The notes: a model not told the origin generated them from the letters alone. A DNA stretch of 64,000 nucleotides from Candidatus Poribacteria bacterium (GCA_965222225.1 CBDCTK010000002.1:1920001-1984000); one strand, 5' to 3'. Positions 38,843 to 50,110 are shown, counted from the stretch's first letter. A program made the numbers and translations.

Positions 38843-40786
38843 CTACTTCCTGCCCTCAACCAATGAATCGACGACCCCCGGCTCCGCGAGCGTCGAGATG
38901 TCGCCGAGGTCCGAGATATCGCCTTCGGCAATCTTCCGCAGCACGCGCCGCATAATCTTGCCGGAGCGCGTCTTGGGCAGCGCCGGGGTGAATTGAATCT
39001 TGTCGGGCGAGGCGTGCGGACCGATATGCCGACGCACCGCCTGTCTGATACCGGTCTCAACTTCATCCGAGCCGGACTCCCCGGTCATCAACGTGACATA
39101 GGCGTATATCCCTTGCCCCTTGATATCGTGCGGATAGCCGACGACCGCTGCCTCAGCCACCGCGCTGTGTTGTCCGATGGCGCCTTCGACCTCCGCGGTG
39201 CCCAATCGGTGCCCGGAGACGTTTAGCACGTCGTCCACGCGCCCGGTAATCCAGTAATAGCCGTCTTCGTCGCGCCGTACGCCGTCGCCCGTCATGTAGT
39301 AACCGGGGAAACGCTCGAAGTAGGTCTGGCGGAATCGCTCGTGATCGCCGTACACCGTCCGCATAATCCCGGGCCATGGGGACTTGATGCAAAGATAGCC
39401 GCTGGCAGGATTTCCCTCGATCTCAACCCCGCTCTCGTCCAAGATAACCGGCTCGACCCCAAAGAGCGGGAACGTCGCCGATCCCGGTTTTAGCGGAGTC
39501 GCCGCAGGCAATGGCGAAATCAACATGCCGCCGGTTTCCGTTTGCCACCAGGTGTCAATGATAGGGCAGCGCCCCTCGCCGACGACATTGTAGTACCAGA
39601 GCCATTCGGGTTCCTTGATGGGTTCGCCGACGGTGCCCAGCAACCGAAGGGTTGACCTGTCATACTTCCTCACCCATTCATCCCCCTCCTTCATCAAGGC
39701 GCGGAGCGCGGTGGGCGCGGTGTAGAAGATTTCGACGTTATGTTTCTCGACCACCTGCCAGAAACGCCCGAAGTCGGGATGGTTGGGTACGCCCTCAAAC
39801 ATGATGCTGACGGCTCGATTCGCCAGAGGCCCATAGATAATGTAGGAGTGCCCGGTGACCCAGCCGATGTCAGCCGTACACCAGAAGATGTCGCCTTCGT
39901 GGTAGTCGAAGACGTTGTGGTGAGTGTAGGACGCATAAACGAGGTAGCCGCCTGTGGTGTGGAGCACGCCCTTGGGCTTGCCCGTCGAACCGGAGGTGTA
40001 GAGAATGAACAACGGGTCTTCGGCGTCCATCTCCTCCGGCGGACATTCGTCATCGGCGGTCGCCATGGCTTCGTCCCACCAGATGTCGCGCGGTGATTCC
40101 CAATCCACCTCATCGCCGGTGTGGCGTACAACGATGATATGTTCGATGGAAGGGCACTCCGCCGCCGCGGCGTCCGCATTGAGTTTCATCGGGATGCCGC
40201 TGCGGGGTCCGCGAAAGGCGGTGTCCTGCGTAATCAACATCTTGCACTGCGAATCGTTGATGCGGTCTCGCAATGACTCCGCCGAGAACGCTCCGAAAAC
40301 GATGGAGTGCACCGCGCCGATGCGGGCGCACGCCAACATTGCAATCGCCAACTCGGGAACCATCTGCAGGTAGATGCAGACGCGGTCGCCCTTCTTGATG
40401 CCGTGCGATTTCAGTACGTTGGCGAAGCGTTTCACCTCACGCAACAGTTCGCTGTAGGTGAAGGTTTTGTCCGCCGACGGATCGTTGCCCTCCCAGATAA
40501 TCGCGGTGTCGCCGCCGTGCCCAGCCTCAACGTGGCGGTCGAGGCAGTTGTAGGAGGCGTTCAGTGTGCCGCCCTCGAACCACTTTATATGCGCGTTAAC
40601 AAAGTCGTACTCTCGGACGTTATCCCATTTCTTGAACCACGAAATTCGTTCGGCGATATTCGCCCAGAACGCCTCCGGGTTTTTTATGGATTCTTCGTAG
40701 ATTTCTTTATACTGTTCGATGCTGCTCACGTGGGCAGTGTTGATGGGGTAATGCGTATCCCCCGGCGGGAATATTTTCGTAGCCAT
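38843..40786 (-). CDS. acs: Acetyl-CoA synthetase
   Basis: [26 protein letters not shown] and [11 protein letters not shown] motifs. Confidence 0.95.
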   Translation of the reverse strand: MATKIFPPGDTHYPINTAHVSSIEQYKEIYEESIKNPEAFWANIAERISWFKKWDNVREYDFVNAHIKWFEGGTLNASYNCLDRHVEAGHGGDTAIIWEGNDPSADKTFTYSELLREVKRFANVLKSHGIKKGDRVCIYLQMVPELAIAMLACARIGAVHSIVFGAFSAESLRDRINDSQCKMLITQDTAFRGPRSGIPMKLNADAAAAECPSIEHIIVVRHTGDEVDWESPRDIWWDEAMATADDECPPEEMDAEDPLFILYTSGSTGKPKGVLHTTGGYLVYASYTHHNVFDYHEGDIFWCTADIGWVTGHSYIIYGPLANRAVSIMFEGVPNHPDFGRFWQVVEKHNVEIFYTAPTALRALMKEGDEWVRKYDRSTLRLLGTVGEPIKEPEWLWYYNVVGEGRCPIIDTWWQTETGGMLISPLPAATPLKPGSATFPLFGVEPVILDESGVEIEGNPASGYLCIKSPWPGIMRTVYGDHERFRQTYFERFPGYYMTGDGVRRDEDGYYWITGRVDDVLNVSGHRLGTAEVEGAIGQHSAVAEAAVVGYPHDIKGQGIYAYVTLMTGESGSDEVETGIRQAVRRHIGPHASPDKIQFTPALPKTRSGKIMRRVLRKIAEGDISDLGDISTLAEPGVVDSLVEGRK

Positions 40787-40807
40787 AAGTCCCTCCAAAC
40801 GTCGGTA

Positions 40808-41821
40808 TTATTCGAATAATTGTGTCTGAGTTGCATAGCGGTTGTTGGTTCGGTGAAGTACCTTGTCACGGTCTTCTTCTAGCACCTTGAGATAATTAAC
40901 GATGTTGAAATCTGGTTTCTTGATTTCATTTTGAAATGAATTCATCCAATGGCCAGCCAATCTTTGTAAGGAATTCATATCCCTGCGGAAGTAACGATTG
41001 CGCTCGATTGGGTTTGATGCCAAATCGGTAATGGCATTGAATAGTGAATAAGCATTCTCGCCTGATTCCTTGATATATCTTTCCAGTTTTGTATTGATGA
41101 CAGTTAGAAGACCTTCGTATTCCCACTTGTTTTCCTGCTTGGCACGGAAATCTATTTCTGACACTTTCTTCATTCCGAACAGTGCGAGGATTAGGCGGAA
41201 GGAATCGCCTTTAGATATGTTATGAGCTTTGAGTCTTCTCGCGTAAGATACGAATCTATCAAAGAGCGCTTCCATTTTGGCGTTTTCATGGACAAATGAG
41301 ATATCATCAAGTTCCTGCTTTACATGACTGAATTTGAACTTAACTGTCTCGGACTCAAAAATGACACCGTTAGAACAGATTTCCCTGCAAAATCCAACAT
41401 CAAACCTTAATGCGCGCGACGTGTTGTAACTATTCGTAACCCTGATGTACGGAATGTAAACATCAGATTGCAAATCTTCGCCCCATAGATTCATAACATA
41501 GTTTGTATGCACCAGATCAATATGACAATAAGTTGCCGTTGATGGCGCATCTACCTTGAAGATGTTAATATTGGACGCTTCGTTTGCTCCAAAAAGATCA
41601 GTCCAGCATCTTTTACCGAGTTCTACGGCTCGTTCATTTGTGATGAGCTTATACTCTTTATTTACCACCCCAAGGACCTTTCCTGACTCAGTGTTTACAA
41701 CAGCCCTGCTATTGTTTACTTGGATTTGTTTTGTTTGTTCTTCAAGATCTATATGGTTGACATAAACTGGTCTCAATTCAACCGGAAACGTAAGTGTCTC
41801 GAATGAAGTGATTCTTGCCAT
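40808..41821 (-). CDS. DUF932-like protein
   Basis: LGVVNKEYKLITN, NSYNTS..F.VGFCREICSNG and AYSLFNAITD resemble DUF932/DUF945; AT-rich. Confidence 0.6.
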   Translation of the reverse strand: MARITSFETLTFPVELRPVYVNHIDLEEQTKQIQVNNSRAVVNTESGKVLGVVNKEYKLITNERAVELGKRCWTDLFGANEASNINIFKVDAPSTATYCHIDLVHTNYVMNLWGEDLQSDVYIPYIRVTNSYNTSRALRFDVGFCREICSNGVIFESETVKFKFSHVKQELDDISFVHENAKMEALFDRFVSYARRLKAHNISKGDSFRLILALFGMKKVSEIDFRAKQENKWEYEGLLTVINTKLERYIKESGENAYSLFNAITDLASNPIERNRYFRRDMNSLQRLAGHWMNSFQNEIKKPDFNIVNYLKVLEEDRDKVLHRTNNRYATQTQLFE

Positions 41822-41973
41822 GGTATACACCCTTTATCATCAAACCAAGAGATAACTAGCAGTCGTAAAATTTGGGCTAGCCGATTTCTATCCGAAAAGA
41901 TCCCATTCGCTAACCATGAACTATCACAGCTAACGATATTGTCAACAATGATACTGTTTGAAGATTACCTTTT

Positions 41974-42882
41974 TCAGAAAGGAGGTGCAAATCCTTTTTT
42001 GCCTTCACCGAGGGTCGGCAACTTCTCTTGAAGGACGTTAAAAACCGCCTTATAGTGTTTCAGATAATCCTCGCGGAATGATGACGGTGCACTACCTAGT
42101 TTTTTCGCCATAATTGCGAATGCTTCCTTACGTGTGCTTGCAATAAACTTTCCGCGCTGGAAGTGGAACGGCTGCGCGATAAATTTTCTTACTCCGGTTT
42201 CCAACAAACTCTCACTGAAGGCATGCGCATCCCTCACCAGCAACAGCGGTGTCATCGTAATGCAAGCATCAATGCCGGCAGCCATGATTTCTGCAATCGC
42301 CCGCATTCGCACAGAATTGGATGGACAGTACGGCTCGAAGGTACGCCTGATGTCTTCGTCATCAGTGGTGACTGTCATATTCACCTGTACGCGGCCTCCG
42401 TTGTCTTCGATGCTCTGAAAAAGATCGCAGTCTCGGGTAATCAGCGGACTGCGTGTTTGCACTACCAGCTTGGGTTTGTGCCGCTCTGCCAAGATTTTCA
42501 ACAGGTCGCGGGTTATCTTCAGTTTGTGTTCAATGGGTTGGTAGGGATCGGTCACACTGCTCATATAAATTAGCTTTCCATCCAGTGAGCGCTTGAAACG
42601 TTCCATCTTGCTGACAGCGTTGTCTTTGACGGTTATCCAATAGCCCCATCTGTCTCGCTTTTCACGGCTCATACTGAAGAAAGCGGCGTAGCAGTAGGTA
42701 CAACCAAAGGAGCAGCCGCTGTAAGGATTCAACGTATAGTCGTATTCGCCCATGAAACCGCTCGCCCGTGTCAGAATGTCCCGCACCGGAGAATATTCGA
42801 CTGCCGCCTGTCCGAGTTGATTAGGACGATCTGGGCGTACAGGTTCCTCGAAAGGTAGAGATTGTTGAATTGGAATACTCAC
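41974..42882 (-). CDS. Radical SAM protein, spore-photoproduct-lyase-like (SPL/Rv2578c family)
   Basis: NPYSGCSFGCTYCYA, SSVTDPYQP and QTRSPLITRD motifs. Confidence 0.85.
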   Translation of the reverse strand: MSIPIQQSLPFEEPVRPDRPNQLGQAAVEYSPVRDILTRASGFMGEYDYTLNPYSGCSFGCTYCYAAFFSMSREKRDRWGYWITVKDNAVSKMERFKRSLDGKLIYMSSVTDPYQPIEHKLKITRDLLKILAERHKPKLVVQTRSPLITRDCDLFQSIEDNGGRVQVNMTVTTDDEDIRRTFEPYCPSNSVRMRAIAEIMAAGIDACITMTPLLLVRDAHAFSESLLETGVRKFIAQPFHFQRGKFIASTRKEAFAIMAKKLGSAPSSFREDYLKHYKAVFNVLQEKLPTLGEGKKGFAPPF

Positions 42883-43841
42883 GATCTAATTTCCTCTCAA
42901 GATTCTTGATAGAACCGCGCTAGATTTATCCGGCGCCCATTCCACGGGACGGTTGTACAACAAACTGGCTACGCTATTGCGAGTGTTTTCCGGCAACTTG
43001 CTAACTAAGCGTCTTCGCCATTGAGTCGTTTCACGAAGTTCCCCTTGTAATGTTAGTTCGTCGGAGTTCAGCTTTTTGAAGCGGGCGTCTTCACCAGCTA
43101 CAAAACGGGCTATACCGCTCCTTGATTCATGCGATGTAACAAGAATTACACCGGGAGAATAATGGTCGCGGAGTGACCGTAAAGTGCCATTAATTTTTTC
43201 CTTGTTCGACTCATACACCGCATGTACAGCTGTCAGCCAACGTTCGGGACGCGGATTGACGTGTGAATAACCACAACAATACGAGGAATGCGAGTCGAAT
43301 AATTCGCAGTTGTTGGTCATATAATCGCAAGTACGTGATAAGTCCGATAGTTCAGGATGATCGCATAGAATAGACCAGAACTCCAACCATAACGTCTCGC
43401 CAATCTTCTTCATCGGTTCACTTGGGTCGATTCCATTTACAGTAAGGTAGTTACCCTCCCTTTGATACGCCGTTTCCAGTATCGCCATGGCAAATTGTAC
43501 AGCCAGAGCGCCACATCCGACATCAATAATGTGAAGCGGTAAATCCGGCCCCTGCCATTTTCGGACATCTTGATATAATTCCTGTAAGATGCTGAGCGCC
43601 AAGTTGATTTGGCGCGGTTGATACCATGTGACGTAGAAAAGCGCATCCCACTCGTTGTATTCAGGTTCCAAACCATCTCGGAGTTTGGCCAGCGATTCAA
43701 GTGCCGCTTTGATGTTCTCTCCTACCTAGGCGACATTATTTGTGATTTCGCAGAGCCGATTGAATTCTTCCTCAGCCACGGTCGCGATTGCCTCGTCTAT
43801 AACGCAAGCGACTAGTTTTCTGAGTTCCAAGTTATCTATTA

Positions 43842-44813
43842 ACCAATGGTGCTAGTTTGAAATTTGGAGGTTAATAAGCATAACATTCCCTTTTGGCTTT
43901 GCTTTAACGCGAAAGGTATCAGGGCATGAGACGATTTCCTCGATTCTACCGTTAATTTGAGTATCGGTAGCTATCAAATAACGGGAGGAAATCTAGACTC
44001 ATGACCATAGTAGATTTTATCACAGAACTGTTTTGTTGTGTTGATGATAAACTCTCACAGCACGGTAAAAACCATAAGCATAGCCATGCCAAACTTTATC
44101 CGTCTGAAGTGGTTACCATTGCCATGCTCTTTGCGCTCAAGGGTGTGGGTAATCGAGCCTCCTATCGCTGGATAGCGAACAATTTCAAATCCTTATTTCC
44201 GATGTTACCCGAGCGTACCCGATTGTTCCGCTTATTCGACGGGCATCAACATCTCATTGACGTTTTTATGGCGAATCCTTCGCTTATCGGTGGAATTGAC
44301 ACGTACGGTATTGAATTGATTCACCCGCGCCGAGAAGGGCGCTCTAAACGTCAAATCGGACGCAAAGGCATTTCCAACCAACGATGGATTGTAGGTGGAA
44401 AACTTTGCTTGCTACACAATCATCTCGGACTGATTGTCAACTGGGACTGCGACACTGCCAATGTACATGATGGGAGTGCCTTCCAACATCTCGTTGATGG
44501 GGTCAGTGACCAGATGGTTGTTTTTGCCGATGTAAATTTCGCCAAAGCGGATTGGTTCCCTTCCAACTTGCGTCTGTGCCGACGTGGCGAGTGGAATTCT
44601 CGGATGCTGGTAGAAACGATTTTGTCCATGTTGACGCTAGTGTGCCATTTTAAGAAAGTCATGCACCGTCGTTGGAGTTACTTCAAAACGCGAGTCGGCT
44701 TTACAATGGCTTTGGTCAATCTCTTGGTACAGTGGAATGGATTGTCGATTGACGACGATGGCTTTGTGCCTCTGTCAATAGCTCAATTCAGTCTCTAAAC
44801 TAGCACCAAAGGT
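43842..44813 (+). mobile_element. IS982-family insertion sequence
   Basis: TIR ACCAATGGTGCTAGTTT / ACCTTTGGTGCTAGTTT; 5-bp direct repeat TATTA. Confidence 0.85.
44001..44798 (+). CDS. IS982-family transposase
   Basis: FCCVDD, KLYPSEVVTI, FPMLPERTR, GGKL, ANVHD and RMLVET motifs. Confidence 0.75.
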   Translation: MTIVDFITELFCCVDDKLSQHGKNHKHSHAKLYPSEVVTIAMLFALKGVGNRASYRWIANNFKSLFPMLPERTRLFRLFDGHQHLIDVFMANPSLIGGIDTYGIELIHPRREGRSKRQIGRKGISNQRWIVGGKLCLLHNHLGLIVNWDCDTANVHDGSAFQHLVDGVSDQMVVFADVNFAKADWFPSNLRLCRRGEWNSRMLVETILSMLTLVCHFKKVMHRRWSYFKTRVGFTMALVNLLVQWNGLSIDDDGFVPLSIAQFSL

Positions 44814-45063
44814 TATTAGAGACATGGACTAAAACAGTCTGTTTATCTTGCCCATCGGCAAGCCCCTTCATTCAACAGTTGGTTTGGAGGGAGGTAATTC
44901 GCTGATGCCTTACACGTTCTTTACTTTGATGTCTGTCTATGGTGCAAATCGGCGTCAAATTTCAAGCAAAGCCCACAAGTTTTCAAACGGCGGTCGGTAG
45001 AATTATTATAAGCGAATAGCGCTTGTTGTCAATCAAAATCAGGTGACGCTGTGTCAACGACCT

Positions 45064-45813
45064 TCACCGGATCATGACGGCAATCAGATCCATCGAGGCG
45101 GCAACCAGCCAGTGGATGGCGGCGCCGTAGATAAACGACCGCGTTTCAATAGCCACAACTCCAAGCAGCAGGCCGGCAACGATAGAGCCTATAGCCTCCG
45201 GAAAGGGCTTGGAGTAGTGCATCACGGCGAAGGGGATGGTCTGGATTAGAATGCTATAGTTCCCGAACCGTTTCTCCAGCCCGAAGAGCATGAATCCACG
45301 GAAGAAGAACTCCCAAGCGAACAGGTAGGCGCCGTAGGCAAGTTCGTAGAGGAGGAGGGTTTTCCAACTGGTAGCGGCGAGTTTGTTGAGCGGGTATTTC
45401 GCTAGGAATGCGGGGAATAGGTGAACGGCGAGGAGGAGCAGGGGAAGCATGAGCATCCAACCGCCAATGGCAAATCCCCAGCCCAGCTTTCCGTTGCTCA
45501 GACGGCAGCCGTAATCGCGGAGGCGCCCCTTGACCCCGAACGTCATGACCAGCATCGGGAGCAGCAGAAGCGTCACGAGGCTTGTGAGGAACCAGTAGTA
45601 GTGGCGGTAGAGTCCGGCGAGCGGGAGGTGGGCGACGTATTTCGCGAGGTGTTTCCGGAAGAAGGTGCGGCTACTATAGAATCTATAGAGCGTTAATAGG
45701 ATTGCCGAGGCGAGCAGGATGATTGTCGGCTGGCGATCCCAGCCGCTCAAATACTTGTCTTTCTTGTCCTGCAACCACGCCTTTAGGGGAGATTGGTTTT
45801 CCGAGCCGCTCAC
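45064..45813 (-). CDS. CPBP (CAAX/Abi-family) intramembrane glutamic metalloprotease
   Basis: WEFFFRG, FAVMH and AIHW motifs; multiple transmembrane segments. Confidence 0.85.
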   Translation of the reverse strand: MSGSENQSPLKAWLQDKKDKYLSGWDRQPTIILLASAILLTLYRFYSSRTFFRKHLAKYVAHLPLAGLYRHYYWFLTSLVTLLLLPMLVMTFGVKGRLRDYGCRLSNGKLGWGFAIGGWMLMLPLLLLAVHLFPAFLAKYPLNKLAATSWKTLLLYELAYGAYLFAWEFFFRGFMLFGLEKRFGNYSILIQTIPFAVMHYSKPFPEAIGSIVAGLLLGVVAIETRSFIYGAAIHWLVAASMDLIAVMIR

Positions 45814-45838
45814 AACCGCCTCCGATTGAAATTTCGGT

Positions 45839-45871
45839 TAGTATAGCACATCGTACGGAAGCGTGCAAATT
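45839..45871 (-). promoter_or_regulatory. Putative sigma70 promoter, near-duplicate at about 50474-50505
   Basis: TTGCAC-17 nt-TATACT with a TG extension upstream of both the CPBP and MNT genes. Confidence 0.55.
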
Positions 45872-46004
45872 TGAGCTATAATCACGGGAGGGCACAGGGG
45901 CCGTCCCCAACAATCAGTCACGGCCTCAAGAGGAATCTCTATGATGAGCCGAGTAGACAACGAGCAGAAGATTCTATCGCAGCCACTATCCATTCCTTTA
46001 ATCG

Positions 46005-47048
46005 TAGGAGTTACGCAGTTGAGTGAAAATAGGTTATAATTTGAGTATGAATCCCCCTAAATATACTGACACTGACTATATTGATTTCTTGGTAGCCGCT
46101 CAGAAAAGTTACAGTTGTCTTGAATCGGAAAAAGTTCAACCCCAAGCTGATAATCCTCCGGCTCACGATTCGATAACACGGCTCTTGCATCGAGAGGAAC
46201 CCGATACTGGCAAACTGTGGCAAGAATCGAGAAATCAGGTGAAATTAGAATCCGGAATTTTAGTTATAGATGACTCGACTCTGGATAAACCTTATTCACA
46301 AAAGATTGAACTCGTGACAAAACACTGGTCAGGGAAACACCACCGAGTTGTGAATGGGATTAACTTGGTCACTTTGCTCTGGACGGATGGCGATAGACAT
46401 ATTCCGTGTGATTATCGAATCTATGATAAAGCCAAAGACGGCTTGACGAAGAATGAGCATTTCCGCGCCATGCTTGAAGAAGCGAAAACACGCGGTTTTG
46501 CTCCTGAATGTGTGTGTTTTGATAGTTGGTATGCCAGTCTAAAGAATCTAAAAGCGGTGCGAGGTCATGGTTGGAAGTGGCTTACTCGTCTAGCTGCCAA
46601 CCGACTTGTCAGTAAAGATTATTCCGGTAACCGTCCGGTGAGTACGCTTCCGAGTGAATCAACAGGTACAATTGTCCATCTCAAAGGCTATGGATTGATT
46701 CGAGTATTTAAGGTTGACACTCCAGAAGGTGACATTGAATATTGGGCAACGAATGATTTACAGATGGACGAATTGACGCGTCTCAAATATGCCGAATGGT
46801 CTTGGACAATAGAAGAATATCATCGCGGGATTAAGCAATTTGTTGGCATTGAACGCGCACAAGTGCGCTCTGCTCGCACTCAAAGAAATCATATCGGTTT
46901 AGCGCTGAGAGCCTTTCTGAGAATTGAGCACTATTGCTATCATACCGGTATCAGTTGGTTTGATGCAAAACTCTCTATTGTCAGAGATGCGGTACGGGCT
47001 TATTTGGCACAACCTCTTTATACGCTTCAGCCAACTGCGTAACTCCTA
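46005..47048 (+). mobile_element. IS701-family insertion sequence, copy 2
   Basis: Same TIRs as copy 1; flanking direct repeat AATCG; sits inside a mini-element cluster (45970-46004 / 47049-47124). Confidence 0.9.
46023..47042 (+). CDS. IS701-family DDE transposase
   Basis: Translation identical to 35591-36610. Confidence 0.85.
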   Translation: MKIGYNLSMNPPKYTDTDYIDFLVAAQKSYSCLESEKVQPQADNPPAHDSITRLLHREEPDTGKLWQESRNQVKLESGILVIDDSTLDKPYSQKIELVTKHWSGKHHRVVNGINLVTLLWTDGDRHIPCDYRIYDKAKDGLTKNEHFRAMLEEAKTRGFAPECVCFDSWYASLKNLKAVRGHGWKWLTRLAANRLVSKDYSGNRPVSTLPSESTGTIVHLKGYGLIRVFKVDTPEGDIEYWATNDLQMDELTRLKYAEWSWTIEEYHRGIKQFVGIERAQVRSARTQRNHIGLALRAFLRIEHYCYHTGISWFDAKLSIVRDAVRAYLAQPLYTLQPTA

Positions 47049-47192
47049 AATCGATAGAAAATCCTACTCCCAATTCGGTCGCTTGAGAGGATCTCTATCG
47101 CACTCCCTATGCAGTCGCTTGATCCCCTACGTTTGTATTTCGAGAGGGCTTGTGATACAATGTCACATCACGGGAGACGAGGATACGTAAAG

Positions 47193-47569
47193 ATGGGAAT
47201 TCGCAGAGGACTTCGAGTGATTCTGAAGTTGATAACGTGCACGGTTGGGGGTGTAGTGGCGTGGCTCGCACTTTCCGTGTTCGCGCCAGCGGTTTATAAG
47301 AACGCAATAGAGGGATTTGTGCACGTGAAAGTTTGGCACTGTGCCGCGTTCGGTCTGGACGCCGGTATTGGCTGGGCTGTCGGATACAAGAAGAGATGGG
47401 GAATATTATCGCGGCTGCATTAATGGGATGGGCAATCGCAGTGAGGTTTCAGCTTTTGAGGCAGGTCGATACCCTGTGGCCTGTGTACCTTGTGTTGTCG
47501 TCGCTTATCCTGGCTGTCTTCCTGGTTCTCACGGGGGGCGTGTTTCGCAAAAAGGAGGGTGTGGAGTAA
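47193..47569 (+). pseudogene. Small membrane protein, apparently frameshifted near 47400
   Basis: Two overlapping hydrophobic ORFs that join at the gggg/aat run. Confidence 0.35.
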
Positions 47570-47603
47570 GGGAAGCTTCACTACAATCATAAAGGAGACT
47601 CCA

Positions 47604-47831
47604 ATGTATCAGGACCAACCTATAGACTGGATGCACATCACTAATCGTCTTGAAGAGTTTGACGACTATCCGGAACAACCACCTGTGGGGTGGAAGGATT
47701 TTCACGACATGTCCCCGCGCCAGGCACGTCGATTACAAGAAGAACTTGCCAAACCCCAAAATTCTCCAGACAACCGCAGTTTCAATGTCAACGAATTAAT
47801 GAAGAGCATTCTCGTTGAGGTACCCGAATGA
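47604..47831 (+). CDS. Hypothetical protein
   Basis: SD AAGGAG, ATG MYQDQPIDW, 75 aa. Confidence 0.45.
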   Translation: MYQDQPIDWMHITNRLEEFDDYPEQPPVGWKDFHDMSPRQARRLQEELAKPQNSPDNRSFNVNELMKSILVEVPE

Positions 47832-48395
47832 AGAGTTCCCTATATCTAGACCAAAAATAGCAAGAAATGAGTCAGACATTAAGGAGAGGTCTTGAGCGTC
47901 GTACGCTGTTCAAACGAGTTCAATTCTAACACCATATTGGCGAGGGGGTAAACACTTGGTCAACAGAATTTGAACGATTATCAAGCCCAGATAACCGAGT
48001 ATGCCTGAACACTGTGTGAGCGTATGACTAGCAAGGTAGGACACAATCGTTTGGTTGAAACATGGGAAGTGGGCAAGCCGAAATTCAGGGAGTTAACGCG
48101 GATTCTAATGCGCAGGTGGGATGGGTAAAATTACCCATCCCACTCTGGACATATTCACGCAACGATTGGCTCAGATATGTAATGTCGGGTTTATGGTGTT
48201 GTGACCGAGCGGGGCTGCACTCACATGGCCGCCCAAGACAGTAAATATTACCACAGCAGGACCGTTGACGCAAGGAAATCTGCAAACCTCGGGCAGATTG
48301 AAAAACTCTCAAATGTCGGTGCATTATGTGTGGGTTGAACTAGGAGAACGGGGCACTATCGCTCGGTCATTCTATGGGAAGTGATAGGGGAAATA

Positions 48396-48995
48396 ATGGG
48401 AGCAATATATCGAATTTGGAATGAGGCCAATGGTAAGTCTTATGTTGGACAGTCGAGTAGACCGTATCGTCGGGTGTTGCGCCATTTGATGCCCGGGGAA
48501 CATGGGGGGTCGAAAGAAATACAAAAGGATTTGTTAAAGTATTACCCCGATGTCTGGAATTGGAGAATTGTGGCAGATGAAAAGGATTATCCAGGCGTTA
48601 CTTTGGACGAGCTTGAGACAGAATTAATCAAGAAATGGGATAGCTCCGAAAACGGGTATAATAATGCGCCAGGAGGCGGGGTAGGGGCCTCAAAATCAAC
48701 GCACACCGAACAGTATCTCAGTATTAAGGGAAAATTGTTCGCTATATCGGAGATGCGGGAAGGGATAAAAGACGCAATAGCAGATTACCAATTCGAAGCG
48801 TCTCACGGTATGAGCCGTACTGAGTATAGCTGGCGGAAAACGATTATTTCACAGTACGGGTCCCTTGAAGCTTACGATCAACACATGAAGGCGGAACGCG
48901 AGAGAAAGGAACGCGAGAGCCAGCAGTTTGCGCGCAGATGTTTTTGGTGGGTTGTAGTGCTGTTAGTGCTAATCTTTTTGGTTGGAAGATGTTGA
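48396..48995 (+). CDS. GIY-YIG nuclease-domain protein with a C-terminal transmembrane helix
   Basis: GAIYRIWN..NGKSYVGQS..R..RH, LDELETELIK and NGYN motifs; hydrophobic WWVVVLLVLIFLV tail. Confidence 0.7.
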   Translation: MGAIYRIWNEANGKSYVGQSSRPYRRVLRHLMPGEHGGSKEIQKDLLKYYPDVWNWRIVADEKDYPGVTLDELETELIKKWDSSENGYNNAPGGGVGASKSTHTEQYLSIKGKLFAISEMREGIKDAIADYQFEASHGMSRTEYSWRKTIISQYGSLEAYDQHMKAERERKERESQQFARRCFWWVVVLLVLIFLVGRC

Positions 48996-49308
48996 GATAA
49001 AGGCCTAACGCTGTCAAGGCAGCGATGTTACTGCAAGAATTTAAAGATGACAGGGAATCACGCCCAAAAAAATCTAGCGGAACAGAACGCGGTCACGCGT
49101 ACTCAATAGGGCAATAGAACAGATTAACGCGTTTATGCCGTGATTCTCTTGAACCAGTCAGAGTTTTCAGGGACGGTAAGTTACAGTCTCGGGCAACGGG
49201 CCATTACGAAAAAATGCTTAGAAAGCAATTCTGAAGGATTTTTTCTTTGAAAAACTCGGTATATAGCGACGATAAACGTTTTAATCAGTGACAGGCCGTA
49301 TCTGTATG

Positions 49309-49413
49309 GTCTCTATCGCACGGGAATTTCTATCTCAGTCGCTGTTCGCTTCTTCCATCGTTATCCACTCGTTTGAATGATTTCTATCGCCCTCGCTATT
49401 CACTCAGTTAATC
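49309..49413 (-). mobile_element. GA-hairpin mini-element cluster
   Basis: Minus strand gattaa-ct-ga-gt-gaata-gc-ga-gg-gcgatag-aaatc plus further partial units. Confidence 0.7.
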
Positions 49414-49417
49414 TTAA

Positions 49418-49581
49418 TCATTTCGTTCAAGAAGGAGGCGCGGAGTTCCGCGCGCAGTGAACGTCGGGACACCACATCCACCTTGCATCCCAATACCCCC
49501 TCCAAGTATTGACCCAGTCCAACGAGATCGAAGAGATTAGCGTTATCATCGAAATCCACCAAGAGATCCAGATCGCTGTCC
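49418..49581 (-). pseudogene. Partial duplicate of the MNT nucleotidyltransferase 3' half
   Basis: Similar to about 50120-50278 (DSDLDLLVDFDDNANLFDLVGLGQYLEGVLGCKVDVVSRRSL); flanked by mini-elements at 49413 and 49606-49665. Confidence 0.75.
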
Positions 49582-49807
49582 GATCGCTTGAGGGCACTTC
49601 TATTGGGGTTAGCTATCGCCTTCGCTGTCCGCTCAGTTGATCTGTCCCTATCGGTTCCATTGATTGGTCATTTGCCTTGTTGCGAACAACAGAAACGTGA
49701 TATAATTCTCGAAATTCATCGTCAAACACTCAAAAACAACACAATTAGTAAATATCTGGATTCGTACACCGGGAAAACTCTCCGCGCTAGAATGGGAGGC
49801 AATCGAA

Positions 49808-49978
49808 ATGGAACATTGGATGCCGACAATCCCTCTGCTATTAGCCATCGCCGGATTATGGTGGAAACTTACCACCAGCGTCGCCACCAAAGAGGATATC
49901 AAGGAACTTAAGGCGGACATGCGCGAGATTCGACAGATGCTATTCACTCATATCGGCGACAGAGAGAAACACTCTTAA
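49808..49978 (+). CDS. Small protein, N-terminal TM + coiled coil (ATKEDIKELKADM)
   Basis: SD GGAGG, 56 aa MEHWMPTIPLLLAIAGLWWK...; below the ORF-track size cutoff. Confidence 0.5.
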   Translation: MEHWMPTIPLLLAIAGLWWKLTTSVATKEDIKELKADMREIRQMLFTHIGDREKHS

Positions 49979-50110
49979 ATGTGAACTTCTTCTCAAGTTG
50001 AAATCTTCGATCATTGAGCGATGCGATTCATCGCGAGCGTGGATGACGAACAGGATTGTCTATCGCAGTCGCTGTTCGCTCCCTTGATCGTTGTTTACTC
50101 CCTAAATCCC

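Larger units (their letters stand above)
42886..44825 (-). pseudogene. Methyltransferase-fold-like hypothetical gene, interrupted by IS982 after about codon 3 and by one TAG
   Basis: Removing the IS restores MSLIDNLELRK...NNVA*VGENIKAALESLAKLRDGLEPEYNEWD, in frame with ORF 42886-43671 (IIDVGCG motif). Confidence 0.6.

Noticed and set aside
35585-47048. Composite transposon or IS-mediated inversion formed by the two inverted IS701 copies
   Set aside because: Each copy has its own flanking direct repeat (ATGATA; AATCG), which indicates two independent insertions with no exchange of flanks.
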